Shown here: one piece after another, positions 34,586-47,599 of the stretch
Layout of the letters: each line of letters begins with the position of its first letter
Position numbering within the stretch: position 1 is the stretch's first letter
NCBI GenBank assembly: GCA_009103225.1
Contig: RHPI01001737.1
Span: 124,001-188,000 of the forward strand
From: Chlorokybus atmophyticus
Taxonomy: Eukaryota; Plantae; Mesostigma and Chlorokybus algae
Direction of reading: 5' to 3'
Length of the DNA: 64,000 nucleotides
The notes under the pieces: generated by a model
What the model was told of the DNA's origin: nothing
The model's input: only the letters and a program-made list of their open reading frames with translations
Databases searched by the model: none
Program-made: the position numbers and the translations under genes

Positions 34586-37244
34586 CTTGCTGCTAGCACT
34601 ACTGCTATTGAGAGCGCTTGGTTGTTGGACTTTGCGTGCACCCAGCATATGACTCCACACAGACATGAATTCCAGGAATATCATGCTCTGAGCGATTTTG
34701 CTGTGAAAGTGAGCTTTGGCAACAAGCTGCACTTGCAAGCTGTGGGAGTGGGCACCGTCATTCTACACACAAAGGTGGGGGGCGCTACACAAGAAGTGGC
34801 CCTGCATGAGGTAATCCACGTGCCGGGACTAGCCTCCTGCCTGTTCTCTGTCCGAAGAGCTACAAGCGCGGGCGCCAAAGTTGACTTGACTGCTGCGAAG
34901 TGTCAAGTCAAGGTGAAAAACATCATCGTTGTGGAGGGCACTGCTAGGAAGTCTGTATTGCATCCAACTGAACCGGCAGCATGCGATGTCTGCGGCATTT
35001 ACTGCATTAGCAATAGCACTTCTATGGCATTGGCGATTTGGACATCTTGGGTGGGACAACATAGCAAGATTGGTGGCTGAAGGCATGGTGAATGGGATCA
35101 ACATACAAGTGGAGGACATGAAAGCAGCAAAAGGTTATCTGTGCGAGACATGTATGTTGAGCAAAATGCCTAGGCAACCCTTTCCCACGTCTTCCCGCAC
35201 CAGTACCGCACCCTTGGAGCTCGTACACGTGGATGTGTGCGGACCCATGCCAATTGCATCCGTAGGAGGAAGTTGATACGTTGCCACTTTCTTCGATGAC
35301 TTCAGCAAGCTATTTGCCATTGTACCTATTGCTGCAAAAGCAAAACAAATGTTGCTGCTATAGTCAAGAGGACTCTCACTCTACTGGCTACACAAGCAAA
35401 GACAAAGGTATTGGCGTTGAAAAGTGATCGGGGCGCTAAATACCTCAACCACAGCTTGAAGAGCTACCTGGAAGAGCACGGTATCATGCATGAGACCACC
35501 GCACCTTACACCCCTGAGCAAAATGGCTGCTGAGCGTCTCAACGCACACTTGTGGAGCGTGTGTGTGCCATGCTTACAGATGCAAAGCTGAAGAAAGCTT
35601 TGTGGGCTGAGGCATTTGTCACGGCTAACTCCATCCGTAACAGGTCGCCTACAAACAACAAAGCCAAGACCCCGTGGGAGTTGTTTTATGGTGAGAAGCC
35701 CGATGTTACGCACATGCGTGTTAGGAGCCAAGGCATATCCGCACATCCCTAAGCACTTGAGGAGGAAGCTGCAGAATGTGAGGGAGACAGGCGTCTTTAT
35801 AGGATATGAGCCCAACTCCAAGGCGTATGGAATCTTGCATGAAAACGGCAAGATTATGGTTCGAAGGGATATTGTCTTCGACGAGAAGATGGTGGCAACA
35901 ACATTGACAACACCTTCACCAATTATGGACATTGACATTATCGATAAGTCGGAGGTCGTCGGCGCACCACCTGTCAATATGGAGATCCCTGGCAATGTGC
36001 CACGCCTCGAGGAGGAAGTGATTGCACCTGTTGAGGAGCTGGAGAGGCGCTACCCTCTACAAATGAAAGCGCCACCACGCTTCACCCAAAGGTTTCAGGC
36101 TATGAGCGCTGATATCATTGAGGAGAAAGAGCCAAGCACCTACCATGAGACCATCACAGCTCCGGATGCAGAGTTGTGGCGTACGGCCATAGATTAGGAG
36201 ATTGCTTCGCTTCACGCCAACAAGACTTGGGCACTTGAGCAGGTTCCACAAGATGTGAAGCCTATACCTGTCAAGTGGGTGTTCAAGATCAAGCGTGACG
36301 GCAAGGGCAACATTGAGCGCGACAAGGCGCGACTTGTGGTAAAGGGATTCCCTCAATAGGAGGGAGTTGACTACAAGGAGGTATTTGCACCTGCCAGCAA
36401 GCACACAACTTTTAGAGCATTGCTTGCCACGGAAGCTGTGGAGGACTTGGAGCTGCATCACCTAGATGTGAAGACTGCCTTCCTCTATGGAGAGTTGGAG
36501 GAACAAATCTTCGTGCAGCAACCTCCAGGGTACGACGAGGGAGACACAGGCAAGGCATGCTTGTTACATAAGGCTTTGTATGGGCTTAGACAGGCACCAC
36601 GTGTTTGGCACATTCCACTTAGCAAAGAGCTAGAGAAGATGGGCGTACAGCAGTCTGCAGCAGACCTCGGGCTTCTTATTAGTGAAGACGGACAAGTCTG
36701 GCTACTTATGTACATTGACGACATTATCTTGGCATCTGCGGATATTGCTGCAATGACCCGAATCAAGGTGACACTGCAAACTGTGTTCGAGGTTCGCGAT
36801 CTTGGAGATGCACACTTGCTCCTCGGTATAGTCATTACCAGGAACAGAGATGCAAAGACCATCAAGATCATATAGAAGCAGATGGTGCTTGACTTACTCA
36901 AGAAGTTCAAGGTACAATATGCAAAGGGCAAGGCAACACCATTGAGCGTGGGAGTACAGCTACTTAAGGCACGGGACACTACTTTTGTACTCGATAAGAC
37001 TGTCTACCCCTACGGTGAGCTAGTAGGAAGTCTCATCTACTTGTCTATTGCTACAAGACCTGACATTGCGCAAGCCGTGGGAGTTTTGGCGAGGTACATG
37101 TCAGCACCCATCATGGAGCACTAGAAGGCGGCAAAAGGAGTTCTTCGCTACCTTGGCAGTACTGCGAACATGGGTATCATTTTTAAAAAAACGGAAGACA
37201 TCACACTACATGGATACTGTGATGCAGACTATGCTGGAGACCTC
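34586..37244 (+). mobile_element. Copia pol fragment (element B): protease to the start of RNase H, degenerate
   Basis: WLLDFACTQHMT, LVHVDVCGP, KTPWELF, LDVKTAFLYG, MYIDDIIL, YCDADYAGD. Begins at the DIRS A1 end and stops at the junction with inverted copy C. Confidence 0.93.
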
Positions 37245-39407
37245 ACATCTAGGTGATGCAGCTGCAAGTCCTCCACAGCTTCCGTGGCAATGCTCTAAAA
37301 GTTGTGTGCTTGCTGGCAGATGCAAATACCTCCTTGTAGTCAACTCCCTCCTATTGAGGGAATCCCTTTACCACAAGTCGCGCCTTGTCGCGCTCAATGT
37401 TGCCCTTGCCGTCACGCTTGATCTTGAACACCCACTTGACAGGTATAGGCTTCACATCTTGTGGAACCTGCTCAAGTGCCTAAGTCTTGTTGGCGTGAAG
37501 CGAAGCAATCTCCTCATCCATGGCCGTACGCCACAACTCTGCATCCGGAGCTGTGATGGTCTCATGGTAGGTGCTTGGCTCTTTCTCCTCAATGATATCA
37601 GCGCTCATAGCCTGAAACCTTTGGGTGAAGTGTGGTGGCGCTCTCATTTGTAGAGGGTAGCGCCTCTCCAGCTCCTCAACAGGTGCAATCACTTCCTCCT
37701 CGAGGCGTGGCGCATCGCCAGGGATCTCCATATTGACAGGTGGCGCGACGACGACCTCCGGCTCATCGATAATGTCAATGTCCATGATTGGTGAAGGTGT
37801 TGTCAATGTTGTTGCCACCATCTTCTCGTCGAAGACAATATCCCTTCGAACCATAATCTTGCCGTTTTCATGCAAGATTCCATACGCCTTGGAGTTGGGC
37901 TCATATCCTATAAAGACGCCTGTCTCCCTCACATTCTGCAGCTTCCTCCTCAAGTGCTTAGGGATGTGCGGATATGCCTTGGCTCCTAACACACGCATGT
38001 GCGTAACATCGGGCTTCTCACCATGAAACAACTCCCACGGGGTCTTGGCTTTGTTGTTCGTAGGTGACCTGTTACGGATGGAGTTAGCCGTGACAAATGC
38101 CTCAGCCCATAAAGCTTTTTTCAGCTTTGCATCTGTAAGCATGGCACGCACACGCTCTACAAGTGTGCGATTGAGACGCTTAGCAGCACCATTTTGCTCA
38201 GGGGTGTAAAGTGCAGTGGTCTCATGCTTGATACCGTGCTCTTCCATGTAGCTCATCAAGGTGTGGTTGAGGTATTCAGCGCCCCGATCACTTCTCAACG
38301 CCAATACCTTTATCTTTGCTTGTGTAGCCAGTAGAGTGAAAGTCCTCTTGAGTACAGCAGCAACATCTGAGATTGCAGCAATCACCACCACCACCACCAT
38401 CAGGTACAATGGCAGATAGCTTGCTGAAGTCATCGAAGAAAGTGGCAACGTACCAACTTCCTCCTACGGATGCAACTGGCATGGGTCCGCGCACGTGCAT
38501 GTACGAGCTGCAAGGGTGCTGTACTGGTGCGGGAAGACGTGGGAAAGGGTTGCTTAGGCATCTTGTTCAACACACATGTCTTGCACAGCTCACCTGTTGC
38601 TGCTTTCATGTCCTCCACTTGTATGTTGATCCCATTCACCATGCCTTCAGCCACCAATCTTGCCATGTTGTCCCACCCAAGATGTCCGAATCGCCGATGC
38701 CATAGAAGTGCTGTCGCTGATGCATTGACTGCCGCAGACAGTGCATGCTGCCGGTCCTGTTGGATGCAATACAGACTTCATAGCAATGTGCCCTCCACAA
38801 CAATGATGTTTTTCACCTTGACATTTCGCAGCAGTGAAGTCAACTTTGGCGCCCGCGCTTGTAGTTTTTCGGACAGAGACCAAGCTGGAGGCTAGTCCCG
38901 GTACGTGGATAACCTCCTGCAGGGCCACTTCTTCCATAGCGCCCGCCACCTTTGTGTGTAGAATGATAGTGCCCACTCCCACAGCTTGCAAGTGCAGCTT
39001 GTTGCCAAAGCTCACTTGCATAGCATCAGCATCACTCAGAGCATGATATTCCTGGAACTCATGTGTATGTGGGGTCATATGCTGGGTGCACGCAAAATCC
39101 AACAACCAAGCGCTCTCGATAGTAGTAGTGCTAGCAGCAAGTGCTACAGTATGCCTATCAAAACCTTGTTTCTGTTGCTAATCGCGCTTCAACTTTCGGC
39201 AGTCCTTCTTTAGGTGTCCCTTCTTGTCGCAATAGTCGCAATTACGCGTCTCCTTCTTCCCACCACCATTGTTGTTGTTGAAATGTGGATTGGATTGTGC
39301 CGCGAATGCCACAGCTTTAGCCTCATCCTGGCGTGAAGTGGATGCGCGTTGCTCGACTTGAAGTAGGCGTGGGGTGATGGTACCGAGAGTGAGCTCCTCA
39401 CTGGTTG
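37243..39407 (-). mobile_element. Copia fragment (element C): gag C-terminus to RT N-terminus, inverted relative to B
   Basis: CDYCDKKGHLKKDC, LDFACTQHMT, RSDRGAEY, PEQNGAAKRLNRTL. Near-identical to B over the shared region. Confidence 0.93.
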
Positions 39408-41662
39408 TGTTAAATGTTACAGCTTGTTGAAAGTACATGTATAGGCGGCGCCTACATGTAATTGGTACGATAAGCTTAATTTTTATAGTTACGGGAGTTT
39501 CGAGAGTTACGGGAGTTATGACAGTTATGGTCAACCATGGTCAACATTAACTTTGACCAAAGTTGACTAGAGTTGACTAGTGCTTGGTAGCATAATATAT
39601 AAGAGACTATATACTGCTTATTACAGTGGGTCGCACATTGTCTCTATAATTGGCGTGCTTGCTGCACTTGTCCTTAGTGTGTGCACACTTGTATGTAGGA
39701 GGCAAATACACACACACTAGGCGCACCACTAGTTCTCAACAGGTTATGGGCCCACACTCGCTTGTGTGATCGCTTGTGCTAGTGAGAGAAAGTGTTGAGC
39801 ATAGGCGCCTACTAGTTGAGTGTTTCTTGGGGAGAGGGTGAGTTGTACTTTTGTGTAGCAAGCAATGGCTGACACAGATAGGCTGCCCATCAAGTCCCTT
39901 GATCTGCACAACTACGCTTCATGGTCGCTGAAGATGAAGTTGGTGCTGATCCGCAAGAAGCTCTGAAATTTTGTCGACCCCACCTCCTCCACATTATTAC
40001 GGCCAAGAACAGGTGACGCTGGTACCTGGACAGAGGACTCACAATCAGCTTTTGCGCTGATAGGCTTGCACGTCAAAGACTTCCATCTCCCTCTTATTGG
40101 ATATGGATTGCATGACTGAAAGTGAGGCGTGGGAGGTCTTCGACACCCTCTTCAAGGCCACCAGCAACTCGCGCAAGTTGCGGCTGAGACGCAAGCTGAC
40201 ACTTCTGAAGATGGAGCACAAAGAGCCAATCCAGAAGTACATCTCACGTGCAAGGGAGCTTTGGCAAGACCTTGCAGCAGTGGGCTACAATGTGAAGGAA
40301 GCGGAGGTGATGTGGGCAGTCTTAGCTGGCTTAGGAAAGAGCTTTGCTATGCTAGTGACTGTATTGGAGTCCTCAGATGTGGTTTTAAAGTTTGCTGATG
40401 TAGTGCCTAAGCTGCTGGCTGTGGAAGGCAAGTTGGATGTTCAGGAGATAGAGAATGGTGGAGAACCTATCGCACTTGCTGCCTTATCTTCTCAACACAC
40501 ACGAAGCAGAAGCAAAGCAGGTGGTGGGAAGCCATCACGTAACAAAGAGTGTCACAACTGCAAGATGAAGGGCCACTTTATTTGCGAGTGCCAGAAGAGA
40601 ATCCACGATGAGGCAACCAAGGAGGAGCACGCCACAATGGCCATTGCTTTCTAGTATTTGAGAGGACCTCAAGGAGTTGCAGTGGATGGTGTTCGTCCGT
40701 CCTCTCCCACCGCAAGGGCGCGTGAAGAACATGCGTAGACGGAGGTCGCAGACACAAAGGTCTGTGAGAGTTACTGCTAGCCTATGAGTAGTTGCTGGTG
40801 TTGAGCTGCATACACAAAAGGTTGCATTGCTGTGGAGTTGTTTTTTGGTAGCACACAGGTGTGCGGTACTGGATAAAACATTTCACTTAATTGGCATGCG
40901 AGGACTGAGTTGTGTAGCTAGCTAGCAAGAGATGGGAGGGGTGCTTTCCTTTATAGAAAAGTCTGATCAACCCTTGCACGGCCTACACTCTGGTACAGCA
41001 TTGCTAAGGTAGGAAACGCAGTGTAGTTTATAGCATAGTTTGCCATTGAGGGAGTATTCGAAACCACCTGAGCAAGGTCAGGCGTGGCGTTGTGGAACTT
41101 GATGCTGACAACTATGAGGAGGAAACAAGGAGTATTGGAACCTTGTAGTCGTGCTGGCAGCACGAGGAGAAGGATGGTGTCATGGAGACAAGCATCAAAT
41201 CCGTGGGAGCAACACATCCGTCGGAGTGTTCAATGAAGAAAGTTTATATGGGTAAGCTTGTGAGAAGAACTTTGAGTACAAGGTCAAGCTGCTCGCGTGG
41301 GAGTGTTAAATGTAATAGATTGTATAAAGTACATGTATAGGCGGCGCCTACATGTAGTTGGTACGATTAGCTTAACCTTTATGGTTATGGGAGTTACGGC
41401 AGTTATGGTCAACCATAATGAACTTTGATTTTGATTATTGACTTTGACCATTGACTGGTGTTGATTAGTGTTGACTTTGACCAGAGTTAACTACAGTTGA
41501 CTAGTGCTCAGTAGAGGGGTATGTAAGACACCGTATACTGAATACAGTGGGTCGTACGTTGTCTCTATAGTTGGCGTGCTTGCTGCACTTGTCCTTAGTG
41601 TGTGCACACTTATATGTAGGAGGCAAATACACACACACTAAGCGCATCAGTAGTTCTCAACA
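39408..41662 (+). mobile_element. gag-only non-autonomous copia derivative (element D), 2255 bp
   Basis: LTRs 39408-39741 and 41304-41662, PBS GGTTATGGGCCCAC at 39742-39755, and degenerate gag 39865-40654 (ECHNCKMKGHFICEC, ends AIAF*). Then ~650 bp with no pol motifs and GCTCGCGTGGGAG. No TSD. Confidence 0.88.
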
Positions 41663-42732
41663 GCATGTGCGTCAGGCTTCTCATTATAAAGCAACTCCCA
41701 CGGGGTCTTAACTTTGTTGCTCATAGGTGACCTGGTGCGAATGGTACTGGCTGTGGCAAATGCCTCAGCCCATAAGGCTTTGTCAAGCTCTGCATTAGTA
41801 AGCATGGCACGCGCACGCTCCACAAGTGTGTGGTTGAGGCCTTCAGCAGCACCACTTTGCTTAGGGGTGTTAGGTGCCGTGGTCTCATGCTTGATGCCGT
41901 GCTTCTCCAAATAGCTCTCAAAGGTTTGGTTGAGGTGCCCGAAACCCCTATCACTCCTGATTGCCGATATCTTTGTCTTTACTTGTGTTGCGCAGAAGAT
42001 GAGCATTCTTTTTATAGCAGCAACATCCAACTTCACAGCAACTGGAATGATGGCTGACAACTTGCTGAAGTCATTTAAGAAAGTGGCAACGTACCAACTT
42101 CCTCCAATGGACGCTATTGGCATGGGACCGCACACGTTCATGTGCACAAGCTGCAAGGGTGCTAAAGTGGTGCATGTAGAGGTGAGAAAAGGATGCCCTA
42201 GGCATATTCCTTAACACGCATGTTTTGCACAAATTACCTTTTGCTGCCTTCATGTATTCCTCGACGATGCCAATCCCTTCCACCATGTCCTCACCAGCTA
42301 GTCTTGCAAGGTTGTCCCACTCAAAACGTCTCAATCTTCGATGCCGAGGATGAGCTGTAGCCGATGCAGCAATTGTCGCTAATAACGCATGCTGCCGATC
42401 GAGTGTGATATAATACAAGCTCTGTCGTAGTGTGCCCTCCATGACAACAATGTTGCTCACCTTGACTTGACACTTCAGAGCAGTGAAGTCAACTTTTGCA
42501 TGCGCTGGTAGCTCTTCGTATAGACAACAAGCTGGAAGCTAACCCTGGCACGTGAGTCGCCGCTTTTAGGGCCACCTCGTGTGTAGCATAGGCCATCATG
42601 GTGTGTACAAGGACGGTTCCCACTCCCACAGCTTGCAAGTGCAGCCTATTGCTGAAGCTCACTTTCACACCAGCAGCATTGCTCAAAGCATAATATTTCT
42701 AAAACACATGTCTGCGTGGGGTCATATGCTGT
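41663..42732 (-). mobile_element. Copia protease-integrase fragment (element E)
   Basis: QHMTP, HLQAVGVGTV, LVHMNVCGP, RSDRGF, PKQSGAAEGLNHTL, KTPWELL. Confidence 0.9.
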
Positions 42733-43199
42733 ATGCTGGGGGGTCGCTATGGGTCGATAGCACGGTGGCTATGCCCAGCACCCAAGTGCATTACAATATA
42801 AATGTACAAGTGTACAGATCTAGGCTGATCTATACACAAGACTGCACTATGGCGCTAGGCTACAACTACGGGAACTATTTCTTCACGCCAGGTGCGAAAG
42901 TCACGCGCTTCGTTGGTCTTCGACTCGTGGACGGTGCCAGTGCTGCCGACGTTGAAGTTGAAGCTTGAGAAGCCTGTACACCTGCAAAGTATACCACACT
43001 CGCCACCCTCGCCAAGGATGGCGCCGCCGCGCTAGGGTTTCAAGCGACCAGACAAGGAGCTTGTGACTTACAACTCACATCTGGTGAGTGCTTGTGCCAC
43101 CAAGTGCCCAAGGCACTAGGGGCACAAGAGTCTCATAACTCATTAACGAGTTCTTGAGTTCATGGGCGCGCATGACATGCGCTTCATGAACTCATATCA
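42733..43199 (-). mobile_element. Solo A+B2 terminal remnant of the DIRS-like family
   Basis: B repeat 42733-42760 (ATGCTGGGGGGTCGCTATGGGTCGATAG), unique spacer, and A repeat 42993-43199 ending CATATCA. No coding region. Confidence 0.85.
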
Positions 43200-43237
43200 T
43201 GCAAAACTGAATAACCCAATGCTCTCGATTGCAGTGG

Positions 43238-46200
43238 TAATATGAGTTCATGAAGCGCATGAAGTGCACGCCCATGAACTCAAAACCACGTTAATGAGTT
43301 ATGAGACTCTTGTGCCCCTAGTGCCCTAGGCACTTGGGGGCACAAGCACTCACCAGAGTGAGTTGTGAGTCACAAGCTCCTTATCTAGTCGCTTGAAACC
43401 CTAGCACGCCGGCGCCATCCTTAACGTGGGCGGCGAGTGTGGTTTATCGGTGTGGACGGAGGCAGCCCTCCACCATGGTCACACGGTCACAAGCGAGTGC
43501 CCACGATAATGGAAAGGAGGTGGCGGCCACGGCCACGGCGGCGTTGCTAGCCGCCAATCACTTGTCGCGGCCGAAGAGCCCGCGTCGCGAGGTGGAGGAG
43601 GGAAGGAAGGAGAGAGAGGAGGGAGAGGTGCGCCCCGCCGGCGGTGGGAGAGAGGAGGAGGTGAGTAAGAAGGGTGGTAGTGGCTGCGAGGAGAAGGAGT
43701 CCGATGAGGAGTCGGATGAAGACTTTCGCCCAAAGCGCCAAAAGAGGGCTCCAAGTCCAAGTCGCTCTACCACCCCGTCCATGATGTCCGTGGAGGACAT
43801 GGCGAGGAGGTTGGAGGTGTTGGAGGCGGAGAACATTCGCCTAAAGCAAAATGAATGCGCCCGCCATCCCTTGTGATGAGCCCGATGACGAGCCCAACCA
43901 CCCCCTGCTCGTGAGCATCCTTCATCGCGACAACGGCAACTCCACCAACCCCAAGGCTCGACAACACCTCGAGGTGGCGGGTCATCTCGACTTGGCGGCA
44001 TCCTTCTTCGCCTGAGTGCCCACGCACCTGGCCGAGGACCCCCACTTCGCCAAAGGCCGAAAGGAGAACATGAAAGGTGGGCTCATTCTTTGTTAAGCAC
44101 CGCCATATGCACGAGCATGCAGGCACATGATCATGTGGGTGCGGACTTCGCCCACACACGCTTGCACATGCGTGCATCTGGGCCTTATGAAGGCGCCAGC
44201 TCGTATAGCTACACAATCATTCCATTAGCTACATGTGTTCCGCATCCCTCCTCCCCCCATGTCCGGAGGGGGGGAGGGGCCCGCACTTAACACCATTATA
44301 TGTTCACCTCCGTATTCATATTATGACTACCCCACAGCAAGGGAACGAGCCCCACAACATCTGCATTTGCATGCGCATGTGCACATGATAGGTATGGGAA
44401 TGGATTGGGGGTGCGCTTGGCGCTAGACCCGGTGGCTTTAAGCCCGTAGGAACATGCAACATGTGTTGCTCATGTATGCTCTGTGCGCAGCATTGGATGA
44501 GGTGTGTAAGCAATTCCACCATGTGGAGGTGGCCAACAAGCATAATTGGAAGGCCGTAGATGAGCTGGTGCGCAACCCCCTCGCCGTGGATGATGATGAG
44601 GCCAAGCGCCTAAAGAAGGCATTGAAGGATGTGGCTGCGGCGCAGCCCAAGCCCAAGGCAAAGCCTGCCTACCATCCCAACAAGGGGCGGGGCCAGTACC
44701 CCCCCCGCTACTCTGATTCCTATGCATCGAGTGCGGGGCAGACCAGTTACCGGGACGCTCTTATGCAGTCTTAGGCAGCTTCTATCGGGGGCCAGCGACA
44801 TGTCCGCACCTGCTACAACTATAGAAAACCAAATTGCCGTGAGCCTGCTGGGCGTGGGGGCCGTTAGCTCTTATAGCAGCCCCGTAGCTGTGTCGTGACA
44901 GCCCAGTAGCTGTACACTTGTGCGCATATATTGCATGTACTTGCTTTTAACATTTTAAATGACCCTCGAATGGAATGAAACTTTGAGTTCATGACTATGA
45001 CACAGTGCCGCTTAAGTAGAGCCTAAGAACATGCAATTTAAACACGGTTTGCTACAAAAGTTTAAGCGCTCTACGGCTTAAGCGCTGAGAAACACTTTCT
45101 TCTGACACCTTGAACGTCCCTATCAAACACCGTTTGCAAAAGTTATGACCGTGCCAAGATGAAAGTGCATGCACTCACTTCTTGCACATACGGGGTGTAG
45201 CAACGGCGACAGCGTGCACGGTGGCACTTAATTACACTTCAATTGAGTCGGAGTTAGTGGAGGACTGGATGAAACACCATGAGTTTGCACGAGCACCTAG
45301 CAATTTGGTGGTGGAAGGCCCATACATGTGGCACCGCTTACGGGGGGCCCTGCCAGCATGGCAACAATTTTGTGAGTCTACCATAGTGCTCTCGTGCGTG
45401 GAGTACGGGTACAAGCTACCATGGGCGACTGACCCACCCCCCGAATGGGCATTCACCAACCACGAGGGTGTGCATGAGTTTGCGGACTTCACTGCGGCTA
45501 CCATTGCCAACCTAGTGCATAGTGGGGCCGCACAAGAGTGTGTGACGCCCCCCCTAGTAGTGAGCCCACTCAATGTGGTCGCTAATGGCCGCAAGCTGCG
45601 CCTCACCATGGACTTGCGCTATGTAAACTCCTACTTGGTGAACACGTCGCTCAAGGATGAAAATGTGCGCAGCATTTCGGACTTGCTGCAGCCCGAGGAC
45701 TGGTTGTTTTCGACCGACTTGAAGTCCGGATACCATCATATAGACATACACCCCGCCTTCCGGGACTACTTGGGGTTCTCATTTGCGGGCAAAGTGTACA
45801 ACTTTTACTCGTCGCCGTTTGGGTTGAGCACAGCTTGCTTCGTATTCACCAAGGTGATGAAGCAGTTCGTGCGCCATTAGCGTGTACAAGGCATCCGCAT
45901 CCTGCCATATATTGACAATTTCCTGTTTGCTGCTCGCTCCAAGGCTGCGCATGCCTCGACCCTGGCCGTGGTGAAAGCAGATTCAGCATGGCGCGGTTTG
46001 GTGATCAATGCCAAGGCGCAAACGGTGCTCAGTTGGGTGATTGTATACCTGGGCTTTGTGTGGGATACACACGCTGGCGTGATACGTGTTCCCGGCAAAA
46101 AGAGAGATGGTTTCCTAAGAGATCTGCAACATGCTTTTTGTGCTAGGCGCCATGTCCTAGTGAAGTTGCTGGCCAAGATTTGTGGCAAGCTACAATCAAT

Positions 46201-47590
46201 GTTCCTGGTGTTAGGGCCTGCAGTTAAACTCATGACTTGGCATACGCGCCGCTTGATTGATGCGCGCCGCTCCTGGAGTTCACACATGGTGCTGCGCAAA
46301 ACAAAGGTTAATGAGTTTATGTGGTTGCAAGACCACTTTAAGGAGCTGAACATGGCACCTATTTGGCCAAGAGTGCAGTTGGACATAGTGCAGTTTGTGG
46401 ATGTTAGCGGCATTGGTTGGGGACTAGTGCGCCATGGCACAGCTACCCCCGTGGCGAAAAAGGCATTCACACCGGATGAGTGCTTGACTTCTGTTGAGAG
46501 ATTGCACATTAGCAAGCTAAGCACACAATGCACAAAGTGTGGCGCCAAGAAACAGAGCAAAGTGGTTCTATTGGAATAAGCAACACACAGTGGCTTATAT
46601 AGTACACTAGTCAACTATAAGTGGTACTAGTCAAAGTCAACACTAGTACACACTGGTCAAAGTCAAAGCGTGACTTGTGTAACGGCAATTGACCGTAACT
46701 CCATAACTCCCGCAACTCCTGTAACCTCCATAACCACTAGTCAAAGTAAGAGGTTGACTAGAGTTGACTTGTAACGACTGTAACTGCCGTTGACCATAAC
46801 TGCTAAAAGATAAGTTGATCGTAGAAAAGTGACATGAAGATAATGGCTGACTCCATTCCTTTAACAACTTCATCAACACATCGCGAGCTACTCAGACTTG
46901 AGCTTGCCCTACTCACTGTGGAGGAGGAGCTATATGGACGCACGGTGCTGTGCTATGGCGATGCCCGCAATGTGTACTATACTATGCGCAAAGGGGGCAA
47001 TGAAGCCGAGCACTTGCAGCAAGTGGCATGCCGTATTTTCTTACATTGCCACCGGCATCCGCTTGCATGTGGAGTGGTTACCACACGAGCTCAATGAGGA
47101 GGCAGACGTGCTTTCCAAAGCACCGGATTGGAACGGTTGGACCTTGCAAACCCCATGGGTCCGCTTGCTCGCCCGCAAGTGGGGCCCCATTAATGTAGAC
47201 CGCATCGCCACGGATGCCAACATTATGTGTGTGGCCTTCAACTCGTCGTTGCCATGTCTGGGCTCATCCGGTCATGCCTTTCACTCTGACTGGAGTGGTT
47301 GCAACAGCTGTGGCCATCCCCCACCAAACCGTGTTGGCATTGTCATGTATCATGCCCGCAGATTCAAGGCTCGCATGTGCCTCATTGTGCCCGAGTGGAC
47401 AACCCAAACTTGGTGGCCCGTGCTCTGCCCCGGGGTGTGGGCACCGTTTGTCGCAGCTGTTGTAAGCCTACCCAAAGGCCCAGCCTGCTTGTGGCCTAGC
47501 CCTCAAGCCACGGAACTTCAAGGGGGCTTGCCCAATAGTCGCATGTGGGCATTACGGATTGACTTGCGTAGCTTATCAAGCCCTGAGTGA
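43238..47590 (+). mobile_element. Second DIRS-like copy (element G): A1, split gag, RT/RH/MT; YR and 3' repeats missing
   Basis: A1 43238-43443; gag ATG at 43475; intron 44077-44490; exon 2 ALDEVCKQFHHVEVANKH. RT (TDLKSGYHH, PYIDNFL), RH, and MT-like region ending WALRIDLRSLSSPE* at 47590. Confidence 0.92.
46492..46866 (-). mobile_element. Solo LTR of the copia A family inserted in the RNase H of element G
   Basis: Reverse complement of the element A LTR with a perfect ACTTC TSD on both sides. It splits the RH motif CLT/SSTHRELL. Confidence 0.96.
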
Positions 47591-47599
47591 CACAGCATC

